From: a virus
Taxonomy: Duplodnaviria; Caudoviricetes
Reading direction: 5' to 3' (one strand)
DNA: 45,792 bases
Virus record (IMG/VR): IMGVR_UViG_3300037423_000471
Location: 1 to 45,792 of that record
Position 1 is the stretch's first letter; the number at the start of each line of letters is the position of its first letter. The position numbers and the translations under genes are program-made. Positions 42,743 to 45,792 of this stretch are shown here, one piece after another. Under the pieces are notes generated by a model that did not search any database, was not told the DNA's origin, and saw only the letters and a program-made list of their open reading frames with translations.

Positions 42743-43834
42743 TTAACTCGTTGTACGATATGGTAATATCAATTGTACCGCGTTCTCGTCGTCACCTTTG
42801 AGTATGATCGGGTTCATGGAGCCGTTGTAGCATATCCGCACCTTATCACCGTCCACAGCTTTCAACGCTTCTAAAGCGTATTCTACGTTAAAACTCGCTG
42901 TCACTTCACCCGTATCAACGCTAACCTCTAACGCTTCGCTTGCCTTGCTTCCTTCGTTCGCGGACGATATTTCCGCTTCTTTACCTGATGCCGATATTTT
43001 CACGATTTTAGCCTTGTTATCTTTGGCGACTATGCCCACTCTTTCTAATGCGTCATGTAAGCCCCGTAAAGCCACCGTCACGACACTTTTATAGTCAGTC
43101 GGTATAAGTTTACTTGTATCGGGGTAAGAGCCTTCTAGCAGGCTTGTAGCGAGCGTAGCGCGGTCTGTGATAAATACCGCTTGGTTGTTGGCGAAAATAA
43201 TATTTACTTCCTCGTCATCATCCACAATGTCCGATACTGCTTCAAGGGATGAAGCCGGAATGGTTGCTTGGAATGGTTCGGTCATACCTTTGACACCAAC
43301 TTTCAAACTAGAAAGCCTGTGCCTATCGCACCCTGTGGCGGTTATCTCGTTTTTGAATGCTTGGAACAACACTCCTGTTAAAACTGGCATATTCTCTGTT
43401 GTCGCACAAGCGAAGGTTGTATTCTTGATAAGCCGCTTTAAGTCCGATCCTTCCATGCTTATCGAGTTTCCGCTTGGTTCCTGCTGCTTCGGGTACATTT
43501 CATCGTCTAAGCCGGATAACTCGAACTTGCTTTTACCGCTCTTGATGGTTACTTGCGTACCCTTCGCGCTAATCTCTAGCGTGTCGCCAACCTTGCGGAC
43601 AATCTCGAATAGTTGTTTAGCGGGGATAACTACCGCGTCTACGTCAAAAGTGGTTACACCGTCCGATATTGTCGTTTTGACGTACATCGTACCATTTCCA
43701 GCCGTTAGGAAAATTTGCCCTTGTGATACCTCGAACAATATCCCGTTCAACACTTCGACGGTCTTACTCTTCGCCACCTTCGATAGTTGAGCAAGTGGCG
43801 TTAAAAGTTGCTGCTTGTCTATCGTGATTTTCAT
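42743..43834 (-). CDS. dnaN: DNA polymerase III beta sliding clamp
   Basis: 363 aa; VIPAKQLFEIVRK, PVLTGV, DRHRLS, LLEGSYPD, FNVEYALEAL, LILPYR. Confidence 0.95.
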   Translation of the reverse strand: MKITIDKQQLLTPLAQLSKVAKSKTVEVLNGILFEVSQGQIFLTAGNGTMYVKTTISDGVTTFDVDAVVIPAKQLFEIVRKVGDTLEISAKGTQVTIKSGKSKFELSGLDDEMYPKQQEPSGNSISMEGSDLKRLIKNTTFACATTENMPVLTGVLFQAFKNEITATGCDRHRLSSLKVGVKGMTEPFQATIPASSLEAVSDIVDDDEEVNIIFANNQAVFITDRATLATSLLEGSYPDTSKLIPTDYKSVVTVALRGLHDALERVGIVAKDNKAKIVKISASGKEAEISSANEGSKASEALEVSVDTGEVTASFNVEYALEALKAVDGDKVRICYNGSMNPIILKGDDENAVQLILPYRTTS

Positions 43835-43843
43835 GTGTTCACC

Positions 43844-44971
43844 TCAAAATAATGTAATTTGTCCTTCTTCATTCGTTGCTGCTGCTTCTGTTCTAGCCTT
43901 GGCTATTTCAACGTATGCAGCCTCTTGTTCTATGCCTATGTACTCGAATCCTTCACGTTTAGCGGCTACTAACGTACTACCACTACCCGCGAACGGATCA
44001 AGAACAGTTCCCTTTGGAGGCGTTACAAGCCGCACAAGCCACGCCATAAGATCGGATGGTTTAACTGTTGGATGATTATTCCCCTCGCCCCTATCCCGCT
44101 TACCCGCCTTTTTACACAATTCCTCTGGTGTCACGTTGCAATACTTGGAGAAAAAGACGTCAGGCTCAACGGTTACGATGTTTGCGGGGAAGCGTCCGTT
44201 TTCGTTGTGTTCACTTGCGGTTGTGTTTGTCCCCTTCCCGCCGCACGCGTTTTCTGTCCTCGGTGGTCGGCTTCGGTCTTGTCCGTCGTATGCCGCTATC
44301 CTGCACCCATCAACATTTACCGCGCCTGTGCCGAATTGCTCAACATTATCGGCAATCGTACCGATAAGCGGCTTGCGTACCACAATAATCGGCTCATGCG
44401 CGGGTTTCAGTGCTGTTCCCCATCCGTCCCATTGTTTTGCAAGGTCGGTCGCTGGTGCGGTTATTTTTATATGTTTTGCTTCCTCTATCGCTTTACCTCC
44501 GATAAAATCACCCTCGCGGCTTCTGCTTGATATTCCCGATCTGGTTTTCCCGACAACCTCACGTTCCGCACCTTCCCGCTTATCGAACGCTTTCCCAACG
44601 TCCATAGACTTCGGAAACCCGCTAAAGTACAACCATTCGATAACGTCCCGAACCTCGAAACCCGCTAACCGTAACGCTATCGTCATTAAGTCCTGTGTCC
44701 GTGTTCCTGCGAATACGAGCGCATGAGCCCCCGGCTTTAGCACCCTGTAAACCTCTTTCCATATGTCAGGGTGTGGGACGAAACTATCCCACGCTTTACC
44801 CATAAAGCCGCCGTGTTTATGGTCGTACGGTTCGCCGTTCAGCCACTTAGTCAACACTTCGGTTATATCTGGTTCTTTGCTGAGTCCGTAAGGTGGGTCA
44901 GTTACGCATGAGTCTATGGAGTTGTCTGGCATCGTTTTAAGTACATGCAGCGAATCGCCGTGAATAATCAA
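43844..44971 (-). CDS. Orphan beta-class N4-C/N6-A DNA methyltransferase
   Basis: TDPPY N-terminal, HPTVKP and LDPFAGSG C-terminal; no cognate REase seen. Confidence 0.92.
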   Translation of the reverse strand: MIIHGDSLHVLKTMPDNSIDSCVTDPPYGLSKEPDITEVLTKWLNGEPYDHKHGGFMGKAWDSFVPHPDIWKEVYRVLKPGAHALVFAGTRTQDLMTIALRLAGFEVRDVIEWLYFSGFPKSMDVGKAFDKREGAEREVVGKTRSGISSRSREGDFIGGKAIEEAKHIKITAPATDLAKQWDGWGTALKPAHEPIIVVRKPLIGTIADNVEQFGTGAVNVDGCRIAAYDGQDRSRPPRTENACGGKGTNTTASEHNENGRFPANIVTVEPDVFFSKYCNVTPEELCKKAGKRDRGEGNNHPTVKPSDLMAWLVRLVTPPKGTVLDPFAGSGSTLVAAKREGFEYIGIEQEAAYVEIAKARTEAAATNEEGQITLF

Positions 44972-44980
44972 GTTGTCACC

Positions 44981-45202
44981 TCAATCTAACAGCGCGTCTA
45001 ACGCTGAATTTGTTGTTTCCAGTATGTGCGGCATCCGGTAGCGTATCACTTCACGCTCTACGGCTTCGTATAAGGCGTGTAGGCGCGTTTTCTCTGCCGG
45101 ATCGAGTAAAGGGTTAGCCAGCATCTTTGAACGCTCTACAAGCCAGTCTAGCGACTTGTGGTACTGTTCGTCGTTCTCGATCCGCTTCATTTGTCGCCCC
45201 AA
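44981..45202 (-). CDS. Hypothetical protein, ~70 aa
   Basis: ORF track. Confidence 0.65.
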   Translation of the reverse strand: MGRQMKRIENDEQYHKSLDWLVERSKMLANPLLDPAEKTRLHALYEAVEREVIRYRMPHILETTNSALDALLD

Positions 45203-45384
45203 TGGAGGGAACAGTATCCAAACACAGCGCCATAAGTTGCTTTATCCCTGCTCATCGTGCGGTTACTATGATGTTTGGCGCACCCACTACAATACCAACC
45301 GAACTTAGCTTTGTACCAATCAGCAAGACTTTCCCACTTGTAAACGAAATAGTAACGCCAGAATGGATATTTTTTTGGCTTCAT
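45187..45384 (-). CDS. Small Cys/Trp-rich protein
   Basis: CSGC...YCSLH; ATGA coupling. Confidence 0.6.
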   Translation of the reverse strand: MKPKKYPFWRYYFVYKWESLADWYKAKFGWYCSGCAKHHSNRTMSRDKATYGAVFGYCSLHWGDK

Positions 45385-45710
45385 GCGTCTGGTTCCTCTC
45401 CGTTTAGGATTTTGGCTATCCTATTGATGTACCATTCACATCTCGCGCCCGTAAAAGCGGAGTTTCTAACCATCCACTCAACCGCTTTTTCCTCGTTGCT
45501 TTTCTCCACCTCGTAGCCGATGTATAGCGCACGTATGAGGGTATCAAGGGGCATAAGATTTATGTAGCTAGAATCCCCACACCAATCACAATTACACTCG
45601 GCGTGATCTTTCACCACTTGTGAGATATTTCCGTGGTATGACGATTTTTTACTCAGCAAATATTCTATCGCTTTCGCTTGCTCTTTCGTAACCTTTACCT
45701 TTTCGCTCAT
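45381..45710 (-). CDS. DUF1642-like hypothetical protein
   Basis: KVKVTKEQAKAIE...RALYIGYEVE. Confidence 0.6.
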   Translation of the reverse strand: MSEKVKVTKEQAKAIEYLLSKKSSYHGNISQVVKDHAECNCDWCGDSSYINLMPLDTLIRALYIGYEVEKSNEEKAVEWMVRNSAFTGARCEWYINRIAKILNGEEPDA

Positions 45711-45792
45711 TTTCGCACCTTCTCCAATTCGGTTAATAGTCGATCATACTCAGCCTGTGCTTCCTGCTGCTTTTCGTCGGTGAGAATGTCCA
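45666..45792. repeat. Terminal direct repeat, copy 2
   Basis: Identical to 1-127. Confidence 0.95.

Noticed and set aside
43844-44971. Restriction-modification system
   Set aside because: No adjacent restriction endonuclease; orphan MTases are common in phages.
45666-45792. Biological terminal repeat
   Set aside because: Exactly 127 bp, falls mid-gene in the replication region; best explained as assembly overlap of a circularly permuted genome.

Overview
The window is an apparently complete, circularly assembled ~45.67-kb siphophage genome (bases 1-127 recur exactly at 45666-45792, most likely an assembler overlap). Its host is probably a spore-forming Bacillota, likely Paenibacillaceae (inference from gene content and sporulation-type promoters). 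Nearly all genes are on the minus strand: SPP1-like packaging/head (TerS, TerL, portal, minor capsid, GP20 scaffold, coat), tail (two tube paralogues, frameshifting chaperone, tape measure, baseplate/Tal, fibre), lysis (XhlA-like protein, GH24 lysozyme, holin), recombination (SbcC-like ATPase, RecT, MBL hydrolase, SSB), replication (initiator with iterons, DnaB, own DnaN clamp), an orphan beta-class MTase and ArpU. I found no integrase, ParA/ParM, relaxase, protelomerase or polymerase. The standout is a sporulation-coupled theme: (i) an operon at 8.8-12.5 kb (RHH regulator, VirB2/pilin-like membrane proteins, micro-peptides, a 742-aa VirD4/VirB4/HerA-type ATPase) behind two copies of a sigmaE-like mother-cell promoter, a candidate machine for moving phage DNA into the forespore; (ii) a phage homologue of the forespore regulator RsfA; (iii) a small lipoprotein behind a sigmaF/G-like -10. 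A second highlight is a ~930-nt structured-RNA cluster at the start of the late transcript, with two D-arm-less tRNA mimics and two copies of an unrecognised three-way-junction motif flanking a C2H2 zinc-finger gene. All family calls are from motif recognition by eye; no searches were run.
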